A DNA stretch of 64,000 bases from a virus (taxonomy: Duplodnaviria > Caudoviricetes): positions 32,001 through 96,000 of the IMG/VR virus record IMGVR_UViG_3300035517_000383. One strand, 5' to 3'. The notes below the pieces were generated by a model. The model ran no database searches. It was not told where the DNA came from and was given only the letters and a program-made list of their open reading frames with translations. Positions 54,182 through 64,000 of the stretch are shown in pieces; position 1 is the stretch's first letter; each line of letters starts with the position of its first letter. A program made the translations under genes and the position numbers.

Positions 54182-57100
54182 ATGGAATTTTATGGAAGTC
54201 TGCATAACCATACCGACCGCTCAAATTTTAGACTTAGGGATAGTACGAACAGACTTGATGAACTTTGTTGGTATGCAGCTGAACTTGGACATAGATTTAT
54301 TGGAATTACTGACCATGAGACAATCAATACAGCAATAGATTGTGAAAAGGTTGAGAAAAAAATAAGAGAAAAATATCCCGATTTTAAAATAATTCGTGGT
54401 AATGAGATTTATTTATGTAGAAATGGTCTTACCAAAGAAAATTTTAATAAGGAAACTGACAAGTATTTTCATTTTGTGTTAGTGGCTAAGGACGCTGAGG
54501 GGCATAGGCAGATAAGAGAACTTTCCACAAGAGCATGGTTAAGAAGTTTTGAAGAAAGAAGAATGATTCGTGTGCCTACTTATTATCAAGATATTATTGA
54601 TATTATTGGAGCCAATCCCGGCCATGTGATTTGTTCTAATGCCTGTGCTGGCGGCTATGTGGGTCAATCTCTTCTGAAATATATGAGAACTGAAAACGAA
54701 GAAGACTATGAATATATAAAGGCTTGGATTTTAAGAATAGCAGAAATTGTGGGTAGAGAAAATTTTTATCTTGAAACCCAACCTTCCTTTAATAAGGAAC
54801 AGATTTTTGTAAATCAGCAGATTAAAAGAATATCAGAGGAAATTGATTTTCCAGTTATTATTACTCTCGATGCCCACTATTTAAAGAAAAGTGATGCAAG
54901 TATTCATAAGGCTTTTCTTAATTCACAGGGCGGCGATAGAGAAACAGAAAGTTTCTATGCTACAACATATATGATGTCAACAGAAGAAATTCATTCTTAT
55001 ATGGATGAAACAATTGGAACTGAAACAGTAACACAGTGGATGGAAAATTCAAAATTGGTTTATGATGTTTGCGAAGATTATAGTCTGATTAAACCACTAA
55101 AAATTCCTTATCTTCCTAAGACAGTCGATACAATTTCATTTGAAGAATTTCATCAGTTTGAGAATAAAATTAGGGAACTTTCTTATTTCTATCATTCGGA
55201 AGGACAACCTGATAGAGATATGGCCGCGGCAATTGTAAGAAAGATTTTGAACGACCCAATTCAGTATTCAAATGAAAAAACCTTTGCCGCAATTGATGAA
55301 TGTTTAACAGCAATTCGTCTTGCGTCAGAAAAACAGCATACTTATTGGAGTGCTTATCTTCTTAATATGAGAGATTATGTTAATATAATTTGGGAAAAAG
55401 GAAATTCTCTTGTTGGCCCAAGCCGTGGAAGTGGTGGTGGTTTTATACTATTGAATATTCTTGGAATTACGCAGATTAACCCAATTCTTGAAAAAGCTCC
55501 ACTTCGTGCATGGCGTTTTCTTAACCCAGAGCGTGTATCCCCTCTCGATATTGATACAGATATAGAAGGAGGAAAGAGAGCACAAGTTTATAAAGCTTTT
55601 CAAGATGAATATGGTTCAGATAGAGTTTCAAAAGTTCTTACAATTAGAACTGAAAAGAGTAAGTCTGCAATCCTTACCGCCGCGAGAGGTTTGGGAGTTG
55701 ATATTGACGAGGCTCAGTATTTATCTTCCTTTATTAAGGCTGACAGAGGAATGGATAGAACTCTAAAACAAACATTCTATGGTGACGAAGAAAACGATAT
55801 ACCAGCAGATACAAAGTTCCAAAAGCTTATGACAGAGAAATATCCAGAACTTTGGGAGGTTGCTCAAAGAATTGAAGGACTTTGTAATGGTGTTGGCTCT
55901 CATGCTGGTGGTGTAATTTTCTATGATGAAGATATTACAAACACAACAGCATTAATGGCTACAAACAATGGAGATATTGTAACTCAGTTCGACCTCCATA
56001 CTGCCGAAGGTTGTGGTCTTATTAAAATCGACTTGCTTTCAATTGAAGCACTCGATAGAATAAGAGCTTGTTTAGACCTGCTTGTCAAGTATGGTTATAT
56101 TAACGGAAAAGAAAAGACCTTAAGAGAAATTTACGAGGAAGCAATTGGAGTCTATAATATCGAAAGAGATAGTGAAAAAATGTGGAAAATGCTTCACGAG
56201 CATAAGGTTCAAGCATTATTTCAAATGGAACAGCAGAGTGGAATAAAAGGTATCGAATTAACAAAACCAACTACAGTTGAGGAATTAGCGGCTATCAATT
56301 CGGTAATGAGACTTATGCCGCCAGAGAAAGGAGCAGAACAACCACTTGATACTTTCGCAAAGAGAAAGAAAGATTCTACAATTTGGGAAAAAGAAATGAT
56401 TAGTTATGGACTTAATAACCATGAAAGACAATGGTTACATAGTTGGCTTGATACAAGTTATGGAATTTGTGAAACACAGGAAACTATGATGAGTATGTTA
56501 CAGGATAAGGAAATTGGTGGACATTCATTACTTTTTGCAGATAGAGTTCGTAAAGCTGTGGCAAAGAAAAAGCCAAAGGAATTCCTTGAATGTCAGGCCG
56601 AATATTATCAAACAGCAAAAGAACAAGGATTAAGTGAAAAACTCACTCATTATTGTTGGGATGTTATTTTTAGTAGTAGTAGAGGATATTCATTCTGTAT
56701 GGCTCATACACTTGCTTATTCAATTGTTGGTCTACAAGAACTAAATCTTGCATATAAATACCCTATTATTTTTTGGAATACAGCTAATTTGATAGTGGAT
56801 TCTGGCTCAATGAATTTATCTCAAGAATTTAATTTTGACGAAGATAATGAGGATGAAAAAATTGAAAATTCTTCTGCTGATTATGGACGTATTGCTGCGG
56901 CGATAGGTAAAATGAAAAGTAGTGGTATTAAATTTACCCTTCCTGATATTAATGAATCTGATATTACCTATTCACCAAATGTAGAAAAAGATATGATTAT
57001 TTGTGGGCTTCGTGGTCTTACGAGAATTGGTAATCAACTTATTTATGATATTATCAAAAATAGACCTTATACTTCAGTTGAAGATTTTTTGAACAAGGTT

Positions 57101-58099
57101 AAAGTCAATAAAGTTCAAATGATTTCTCTTATTAAATCTGGTGCATTTGACTCTCTTTATAATGGTAATAGAAAAGAAGCAATGCAAATATATCTTGAAC
57201 TTATTGCAGACAAAAAGAAAAGAATCACTCTCCAGAATATGCAAATGCTTATTAACAAGAATATGATTCCAGAAGAGCTAAATTTTGAAAAAAAACTTTT
57301 TAACTTTAATAAGTATTTGAAACAATTTAAAGAAGGAAATTATTATAGACTTGATAAGATTGCGATGAAGTTTTTTATTGAAAATTATGACGAAAATATT
57401 CTTGAAAATGTTGAAATTAATAATGAAGAAATGACTGCATTAATTAAACAAAGTATTTGGGATAATACCTATAAGAAAGGAATGGATGCAGTAAGAACAT
57501 GGATGAAAGCGAATCATAATATAATTCTAGATGCTCTTAACCAGTCATTACTTGATGATGTTGCTGAAAAATATACAGAGGGTAGTATTTCTAAATGGGA
57601 AATGGATAGTCTTAATTTTTATTATCATGAACATGAACTTGCTTCTCTTAAAAATATAGCTTATGGTATTGTTGAATATACAAATTTACCAGATGAGCCA
57701 ATAATTGATAGAGAATTTACAACGAAAGATGGACATGAAGTTGTTATTTATGAAATTAATAGAATTGCAGGAACTGTTATTGATAAAGATAAAAATAAAG
57801 GTATTGTAACTTTATTGACAACCTCTGGCGTTGTTACAGTTAAAGTTTGGAAATCACAGTTCTCTATATGGGATAAACAAATTTCAGCAAAGGATACAGA
57901 TGGAACAAAACACGTTTTGGAAAAGTCTTGGTTTTCGAGAGGTACAAAATTAATTATCACTGGGATAAAAAGGGACGATACATTCATTCCTAAAAAATAC
58001 AAAAATACAGAATGGCCGCTCTTTGAGAAAATTGAAGAAATTGATGAGAATGGATATATAACCAAATCATCAACAGAAAGAATTGAAATTGAAGAGTAA
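54182..58099 (+). CDS. dnaE: DNA polymerase III alpha subunit
   Basis: PHP domain (HNHT, TDHE, DAHY), RGSGGG, PLDIDTD, HAGG, KIDLL, C-terminal OB fold. Confidence 0.93.
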   Translation: MEFYGSLHNHTDRSNFRLRDSTNRLDELCWYAAELGHRFIGITDHETINTAIDCEKVEKKIREKYPDFKIIRGNEIYLCRNGLTKENFNKETDKYFHFVLVAKDAEGHRQIRELSTRAWLRSFEERRMIRVPTYYQDIIDIIGANPGHVICSNACAGGYVGQSLLKYMRTENEEDYEYIKAWILRIAEIVGRENFYLETQPSFNKEQIFVNQQIKRISEEIDFPVIITLDAHYLKKSDASIHKAFLNSQGGDRETESFYATTYMMSTEEIHSYMDETIGTETVTQWMENSKLVYDVCEDYSLIKPLKIPYLPKTVDTISFEEFHQFENKIRELSYFYHSEGQPDRDMAAAIVRKILNDPIQYSNEKTFAAIDECLTAIRLASEKQHTYWSAYLLNMRDYVNIIWEKGNSLVGPSRGSGGGFILLNILGITQINPILEKAPLRAWRFLNPERVSPLDIDTDIEGGKRAQVYKAFQDEYGSDRVSKVLTIRTEKSKSAILTAARGLGVDIDEAQYLSSFIKADRGMDRTLKQTFYGDEENDIPADTKFQKLMTEKYPELWEVAQRIEGLCNGVGSHAGGVIFYDEDITNTTALMATNNGDIVTQFDLHTAEGCGLIKIDLLSIEALDRIRACLDLLVKYGYINGKEKTLREIYEEAIGVYNIERDSEKMWKMLHEHKVQALFQMEQQSGIKGIELTKPTTVEELAAINSVMRLMPPEKGAEQPLDTFAKRKKDSTIWEKEMISYGLNNHERQWLHSWLDTSYGICETQETMMSMLQDKEIGGHSLLFADRVRKAVAKKKPKEFLECQAEYYQTAKEQGLSEKLTHYCWDVIFSSSRGYSFCMAHTLAYSIVGLQELNLAYKYPIIFWNTANLIVDSGSMNLSQEFNFDEDNEDEKIENSSADYGRIAAAIGKMKSSGIKFTLPDINESDITYSPNVEKDMIICGLRGLTRIGNQLIYDIIKNRPYTSVEDFLNKVKVNKVQMISLIKSGAFDSLYNGNRKEAMQIYLELIADKKKRITLQNMQMLINKNMIPEELNFEKKLFNFNKYLKQFKEGNYYRLDKIAMKFFIENYDENILENVEINNEEMTALIKQSIWDNTYKKGMDAVRTWMKANHNIILDALNQSLLDDVAEKYTEGSISKWEMDSLNFYYHEHELASLKNIAYGIVEYTNLPDEPIIDREFTTKDGHEVVIYEINRIAGTVIDKDKNKGIVTLLTTSGVVTVKVWKSQFSIWDKQISAKDTDGTKHVLEKSWFSRGTKLIITGIKRDDTFIPKKYKNTEWPLFEKIEEIDENGYITKSSTERIEIEE

Positions 58100-58112
58100 A
58101 GGGAGGAATTAA

Positions 58113-59030
58113 ATGGCTTCAATAGGAATAGTAGATTTAGACCTTTGGTCTAATATTAAATCATTTCCCAATTTAGAATTAATGAAAGTTTATAATTATT
58201 ATTATAATAAAAACAATATAGTTAGAATGGTGCGGCCAACTGACCCATTAACAACTTTTACTCATATTTACTTTTTTAAAGAAAATCCTAATACATCAAT
58301 TTCAAAAAAAATTAATATGAGAATGGATAATAAAACTCTATATGGATATGGTTTCTATAAGAAATTTTTTCCTTTAAAAAATGAAATAAGCGAGGTGCCG
58401 CCGAGGTATCTCCCTTATGATTCTTTTGTGGAACGATTAGCTAATACAAAATCTTATGATACAATGAAACAGAGTTCCTATATAAGAGTGGAAAATAAGG
58501 ATTTTACAGACTATAAACCTGATAGAACAAATATTTATATTGCGGATTATGATTTTATTCATTTACAAGAATCTTTAGATTTTCTTTAGGAATATAAAAA
58601 GCATAATTTTAAATTCACTCATGGGTTAAAAATTGATAACGAAATCCTTTATAATCAATTTATTAGATATAGTAATCTATTTGATAGAAGATTATATATT
58701 ACTTTTAATTACTCTAAGGACTTTTTATTAGAAAATTATTATGAGAATATAGTGCTAAACATTAACAAGCCCCTAAATGAAATAATACAAATTATTTTAT
58801 TCTTAAAAAGTAAAGAAAATAGTAAGGCTATTCTAGAAAAAGTAAGTAATATTAATCAATTATAGGATTATGTCATTAAATGGGGTTATGCCGCGGCAAG
58901 AGAATCTTACTATGAATATTATAAGAAAAACAGGAACGCAATAAATCTTGCTGAAAAAAGTGACAGTAATATACGTCTACTTTTAAAGACAAAACCTAAA
59001 AACTATAAATCCTCAAATATTGACTTTTAA
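58113..59030 (+). CDS. hypothetical protein with FPNL.LMK N-terminus (2 TAG)
   Basis: Frame open through TAGs to TAA 59030; N-terminus resembles phage radical-SAM-associated proteins but has no CxxxCxxC. Confidence 0.55.
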
Positions 59031-59079
59031 GATAAATTATGGTATAATTATAATACAAAATAAAGAGGAGGGGAAGATA

Positions 59080-59283
59080 ATGGAAAAAGATGTTTTAACT
59101 CAAATTTCTGAAAGATATGAAACATTGTGTTTTTCTTTAGAAAGAAAACACTCAGAATTAGAGCAACTGAAAGTTGATATTTTTACACATAACCCTAAAT
59201 TTCAAAAATTAATTACAGAAATTACGCAATTAGAAAATGAGAAAAATGATTTGGAGGATTTAATGAATGGAAGAAAAGATTAA
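59080..59283 (+). CDS. hypothetical coiled-coil protein
   Basis: GGAGG RBS before ATG 59080. Confidence 0.55.
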   Translation: MEKDVLTQISERYETLCFSLERKHSELEQLKVDIFTHNPKFQKLITEITQLENEKNDLEDLMNGRKD

Positions 59284-60016
59284 TCAACAAGACATAATAT
59301 CAATTTATAATGAAGATGGAACACTAAAAACTAAAGAAGAGTTTCTTAATCTTGTTGGACAAACCTATGATGTAATGCTAGAGGAAGAAAGTAAAAATAT
59401 AGATATTTTTGAAGAACTTACTAATTCTGAAAATCATATAGATGTAGAACAAACTCTTGAAACTTTTGATTTTATTGAACGTTCAATTTTTATTCAGGCA
59501 GAAATTACTCCAGACCATGCAAATCAAGTTTTTGAATTAATTAAATTTTGGAATAAAATTGATTCAGTCAATCAAACCCCAGTTGAAGAAAGAATTCCAA
59601 TAAAAATTTATATTAATACACCAGGTGGCGACCTTAATGCAGTATTTAGTATAATTAGTTCTATTAAAATTTCTCAAACACCAGTTCATACAATTACAAT
59701 TGGTACTGGATATAGCGGTGGATTCTTTATTGGAATTTGCGGTCATAAAAGATTTGCTTATCCTTATAGTTCGTTCCTTTTTCATGAAGGATGCTCAGCA
59801 AACGAAGGTGACGCACATAAGTTTATTCAGAATGCAGAGTTCTATAAAACTCAATTATCTATTTTAAAAAAGATTACAATTGATAATACAAAGATTAAAG
59901 AAACAAAATATGACAAACATCGCAAAGATGACTGGTATTTTGATGCTGAGGAAGCTTTAAAATATGGAGTCATTGATGAAATTATTACAAATTTTGATAA
60001 ACAAGGAGAGATATAA
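59267..60016 (+). CDS. clpP: ClpP-like protease with N-terminal extension
   Basis: IYINTPGG, YSGG catalytic Ser, FH, D..FDAEEALKYG.ID. Confidence 0.85.
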   Translation: MEEKINQQDIISIYNEDGTLKTKEEFLNLVGQTYDVMLEEESKNIDIFEELTNSENHIDVEQTLETFDFIERSIFIQAEITPDHANQVFELIKFWNKIDSVNQTPVEERIPIKIYINTPGGDLNAVFSIISSIKISQTPVHTITIGTGYSGGFFIGICGHKRFAYPYSSFLFHEGCSANEGDAHKFIQNAEFYKTQLSILKKITIDNTKIKETKYDKHRKDDWYFDAEEALKYGVIDEIITNFDKQGEI

Positions 60017-60018
60017 GA

Positions 60019-60813
60019 ATGAAGAATGAAATTAGAGATACTTTTAAAAAGATAGCTAGCACATCTGGTAGTGATGGTACTATAGAACAGTTTATGGCAA
60101 TTCTGGATTTACCAGATGAAAAATTTGATAGTGTTTATCCAACTTTTAAAGAAAAACTTTCAGAGATTTTTGAATCAAGTTCTTTTCAGAAAGAAGTTCT
60201 AGATAATATTAATATGAACCCCAATATTAATATTGAAGAAGAGAGCGCAGCGATAAAGGAATTTATTGCGGAAATTAAAGCTGATGATTCATTGTCAGAC
60301 AATAAGAAAGATATGTTGATTACTTTAATTGATAAATCTCTTCTTTCTGTTTATGAACTCGTTAAAAACCCTAGAGAACGTATTTCAGTTAAGATTCAGA
60401 AGATTAGTGAAGATGCAGTTATTCCTACTTATGCTCATGATTCTGATGCTGGCTGTGATGTTTATGCAATTGAAGAAACAGTTCTTAAGCCTCATGAAAC
60501 AGTCCTTGTTAAAACGGGTATTAAAGTTGGTATTCCTCTCGGCTACGAGTTGCAGCTAAGACCTCGCAGTGGAACAAGTTTAAAAACAAATATAAGAATT
60601 GCAAATACACCGGGCACCATTGATGCTAACTATCGTGGAGAGGTTGGCGTTATCTGTACTAATACTGGTAATCTCTCTTATACAATTAACAAGGGAGATA
60701 AAATTGCTCAGATGATTATTGCTAAGTCACCTATGATTAAGTGGGAGGAAGTTACTGAACTTGATGAAACAGATAGAGCAGAAAATGGTTTTGGTAGTTC
60801 AGATAATAAGTAA
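60019..60813 (+). CDS. dut: trimeric dUTPase with ~120-aa N-terminal extension
   Basis: DAGCD, RPRSG, GTIDANYRGE, DKIAQ, RAENGFGSS. Confidence 0.92.
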   Translation: MKNEIRDTFKKIASTSGSDGTIEQFMAILDLPDEKFDSVYPTFKEKLSEIFESSSFQKEVLDNINMNPNINIEEESAAIKEFIAEIKADDSLSDNKKDMLITLIDKSLLSVYELVKNPRERISVKIQKISEDAVIPTYAHDSDAGCDVYAIEETVLKPHETVLVKTGIKVGIPLGYELQLRPRSGTSLKTNIRIANTPGTIDANYRGEVGVICTNTGNLSYTINKGDKIAQMIIAKSPMIKWEEVTELDETDRAENGFGSSDNK

Positions 60814-60815
60814 TT

Positions 60816-61541
60816 ATGGCAAACAAAATTAAATTTGAAGATGTAAAATAGGATATAGAGAAAAATGGTTGGCTATTAAAGTCAACCGAATATCTTAATT
60901 TAAAAACAGATTTATTGGTTGAATGTCCAGAAGGTCATGAATGTCATGTATCCTATGAGAAGTGGCGGCGAAAGAACTATGAGTGTCCAACTTGTAAAAA
61001 CAATCCTTATGCCCATAGTGATAATATTGTAGTAAAGAAAACTGGTTTTAGAATTCTTGCTTTAGATTAGGCATCAATTACAAGTGGTTGGGCAATATTT
61101 GATGATGGAAAATTAATTAAATTTGGTAAATGGACCTCAGATGGAAATAAAAGTACAGAAAGAATTGCAAAGACTAAATACTGGGTAGCCTCTATGATTG
61201 ATAAATGGAGGCCAGACCAAGTAGTACTTGAAGACATATAGCTTCAAAAGTTTGATAGTGGACAAGAAGGTGTTACTACTTTTAAGAAACTTGCTCATTT
61301 ACAGGGGGTTTTAAAAAATTATTTCTATGAATTGGGCTTACCTTATAAAGTCGTGCCGCCGTCAACATGGAGAGCTTTTAGTGAGATTAAAGGAAAAACT
61401 CGTTCAGATAAAAAGAAAAACGCTCAAATTAAAGTTAAGCGTTTTTATGATATAAGTGTAGACAATGATACAGCAGATGCAATTCTAATAGGTCACTGGG
61501 CAGTGCATGATAATGAAAGCAATAAAATAATTGAATTTTAA
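60816..61541 (+). CDS. Zn-ribbon + RuvC-like Holliday junction resolvase (3 TAG)
   Basis: CPEGH..CPTC, then RILALD*AS..GW, VVLEDI*, LAHLQG, PSTWR, D.ADAILIG. Confidence 0.8.
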
Positions 61542-61572
61542 AAAGGGAGCAGAATAATCTGTTCCCTTTTCT
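61542..61572. terminator. bidirectional intrinsic terminator between convergent genes
   Basis: AAAAGGGAGCAGA-ATAA-TCTGTTCCCTTTT with A/T tails on both sides. Confidence 0.75.
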
Positions 61573-61573
61573 T

Positions 61574-61909
61574 TTACATTGATTTTAATTTGTCTATATG
61601 TCTTTTAATTATATCCTTTTCAGCACGAGTGCCAGTATAATTATAAAGTTCATAAATTAATTTATCTATATGGTCCATAATTTTATTAATCTGCTCATCT
61701 TGACTTTCAGTTAAAAAATGTTCGCCATGAACTTCTTCTGATTCTACCCAATCTTCATATTTCTTAGCCTTAACTTCATAATAATGGGCCTCTTTAATAT
61801 CTTTATAAATATCTATTAGTTTATAGGTAGTATCAAGATTAGAAGATGTTAAACCTTTATCCCCAATGTTTTCGAGTTCCTTACAAACTCTTTCTTCAAG
61901 TCTCTGCAT
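61574..61909 (-). CDS. hypothetical protein of the conserved right-end cluster
   Basis: ELE.I..GL....LD..YKLIDIYKDI; GGAG RBS favours ATG 61909. Confidence 0.6.
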   Translation of the reverse strand: MQRLEERVCKELENIGDKGLTSSNLDTTYKLIDIYKDIKEAHYYEVKAKKYEDWVESEEVHGEHFLTESQDEQINKIMDHIDKLIYELYNYTGTRAEKDIIKRHIDKLKSM

Positions 61910-62321
61910 TAGTCTCATCTCCTTCATTATCTACTTTTGCAGTTGTAGTAGTTATTGGTAATGCTGCGGCCGCACCGCACATGGAACAATTTGATGTCCC
62001 CAGCATTTTAAAAACTCCAGACTAAATATTAGTATGAACTCTTACAGAATATCTTGTACGGCTATGAATTTGGCAAGCTTTCACATTCGTACAATCATTA
62101 TTTACTAATGGATATGCTGTAGTACCAGTTCCTATTGTAATAACTGCATTTGCGGCGATAGTTGTAGTTAATGGAATTGACTACCCAACAACTATACAGT
62201 ATTTTTCATTATTCCCATAACTACCAGCTGGAATATTAATAATCAATTGACCATTGGAATAAGTAACACTTTGCGAAATAATTAAATGCTCACAAAGGCA
62301 TTTAGTAGCTGAGCAACTCAT
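61896..62321 (-). CDS. Cys-rich hypothetical protein (2 TAG)
   Basis: MSCSATKCLCEHLIISQ..IPAGSY..KYCIVVG*SIP; missed by the ORF track. Confidence 0.7.
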
Positions 62322-62331
62322 AAAGCATCAC

Positions 62332-63499
62332 TTAGCAGCAGCCGCAAGAATTTCCATTTGTAGGGAATACTCCGCCAAGGGGAATTGATTGATACGGTGA
62401 GGTTACTAGGTATGAAGGCTAAGGTGTGGGTTGAAGAGCATTTATAATATTACTTGTTTGTGAAAGTTGTGACAACTGGAAATTAGCGGACTGTAATTGA
62501 GTTCTTAAATTATCCATTTCAGACTGAACCATATGATTAATAATTCTATCTGTATTAGCATCTGCATTAGTCTTTAATTCACAAGCGGCCTGTGCAATAG
62601 CATAATTAAGTTTTTCTTGTCCGTTCTGAACGCCGCAGAATCCAGACTGCATTTGAGATTGAATATTATTGAATGCGCTCTGATTATTGAAATTAGACTG
62701 CATAATTGACTCTCTTGTCTCGCAGCAACAATCTTTCATGTTGTAGTTTGTATTAGCAATCGCACTTTGAATGTTGTCAAAACCGCAATTTAGTGACTGC
62801 TGAATTCCATTGACTCCAGAATTTACTGCGTTCTGTAATGCGAAATTATTTTGCATTGCATTAATTTCACTATTATAAGAATTTGCTTGTATCTGCGAAC
62901 CAATATTAGCAAGTTCTCCACTCATAGCATAGAAGCCTTGACATAAACCATTTTGTGCACCTCTAATGCTATTATTAAGACTATTGAAATTAAAGGCATC
63001 TGTCATGCCTTGCTGAGTTGCTGGTGTGCAACAAGCATTATATCCATTATTTTCATTGTTAGGAATTATTACTGTATTTGGACCACCGTTTCCACCACGA
63101 TTTCCGTTCCATCCTCCTACTGCAAAGAAAAGAATTAATATAATCACCCCAATATGTTATCATATAAGCTTTTTATCTTATATTTCTATTACTTTCTATT
63201 CGTAATAGTTCAGCATAACTTTTCAACTATTTTTAATTAAATAGTGCCGCGGCCTCGTGGAAACATTATATCTTTTCAGTTTCTATGCGTTGCCCCTGAC
63301 TTAACTTTGTTAAGTCTTCGGTTCGGATTAGCATTTCAGCCTTCCCGTTTAATTCCGCGGTTATTCAATATAAGTTACCTTATAAGGTGGCAGGAGTCTA
63401 CCATGCGCCACTGGCACCGCCAAAAGTATCATTACTATTCTGTCCATTTTTGTTTTGCAATGCCAAAGCATCTGCTACTGTTAAACCATTTTCTCCCAT
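62332..63499 (-). CDS. Gly/Asn/Cys-rich membrane-anchored protein, spliced 63499-63400 + 63149-62332 (1 TAG)
   Basis: Splicing restores GAWWVIILILFFAVGGW; DCCCET; read-through of TAG 62419 gives PTPQPSYLVTSPY..SCGCC. Confidence 0.75.
63150..63399 (-). mobile_element. group I intron without ORF
   Basis: U/G boundaries; GCTAATCCG, CAACGCATA and AAGTTATGCTGAAC; 3' end closely resembles the 44549 intron. Confidence 0.8.
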
Positions 63500-63533
63500 A
63501 AATAATACCTCCTAAATATTATTTTATTATTGT

Positions 63534-63773
63534 TTATTTAAACATAGACATAAATGAGTTAAATTCCTGACCAAAATTTAACCCCTGTTGTCCAAAATAG
63601 TTTTCTGCCATTTTATTAAGACTTGAAATATCACCATTCTAAGCTAACGAAACCATTTCATTAATAGTAGGGTCATTTATATTATTTTCTTTTATAATAG
63701 ACCTTACTAGCTGTTCTGGGTTCATACCTCCTTTTAATAATCCTATCAATTGCATTGGATTAACATTCATCAT
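63534..63773 (-). CDS. hypothetical protein (MNPMQL..GMNPEQL)
   Basis: 79 aa when read through TAG. Confidence 0.6.
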
Positions 63774-64000
63774 AATGGAAATTCACCACCATTAGGTTTA
63801 ATATTTTTTTGAAGCTCATTAATTTGAGACTCAATTTTTACAAAACGATTATTAAATTCTTCTAATTGAGAAGAAGTAAGATTACTTATTTCTTCATTTA
63901 CTTGATTACTGTTCTCTTTGGGTATATTATTGTAAGGTTCAATTTTATATGCCCAGAATAGAGGATTACCATTCTACATAGATTTAATATACATCAATCC

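Noticed and set aside
1-64000. tRNA genes (including an amber suppressor), integrase, terminase, capsid genes
   Set aside because: None recognised by eye; they may lie outside the window, and tRNAscan-SE would be needed to exclude tRNAs

Overview
This is a 64-kb, very AT-rich segment of a large tailed phage of a Firmicute. Dockerin-like and BspA-like domains suggest a Ruminococcus-type host (inference). The phage appears to read TAG as Gln (genetic code 15): many fragmented ORFs join in frame across TAG, and TAG aligns with Gln in internal paralogues and in conserved family motifs. Positions 1-23.3 kb (minus strand) carry thyX, an intein-containing UvrD helicase, a BspA-LRR protein, three paralogous large probable virion proteins (one with two dockerin-like inserts), a lysis module, tail-fibre/collagen genes and two His15-less HPr-like proteins. 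Positions 23.5-61.5 kb (plus strand) carry DNA metabolism and replication genes: adenine and cytosine methyltransferases, an iteron-like array with a Rep-like gene, RNase H, ligase, nrdD/nrdG, a ~570-nt ROOL-like ncRNA, a hidden TAG-rich Mu-Mom homologue, type II topoisomerase B/A, SSB, Sak4-like ATPase, PIN-PhoH, DnaB, primase, RecJ, DnaE, ClpP, dUTPase and RuvC. Positions 61.5-64 kb (minus strand) hold a Cys/Asn-rich gene cluster. Four ORF-less group I introns and one class 3 intein interrupt genes. The pentamer GCGGC/GCCGC is strongly over-represented genome-wide. All calls come from reading the sequence and recalling motifs; no searches were run.
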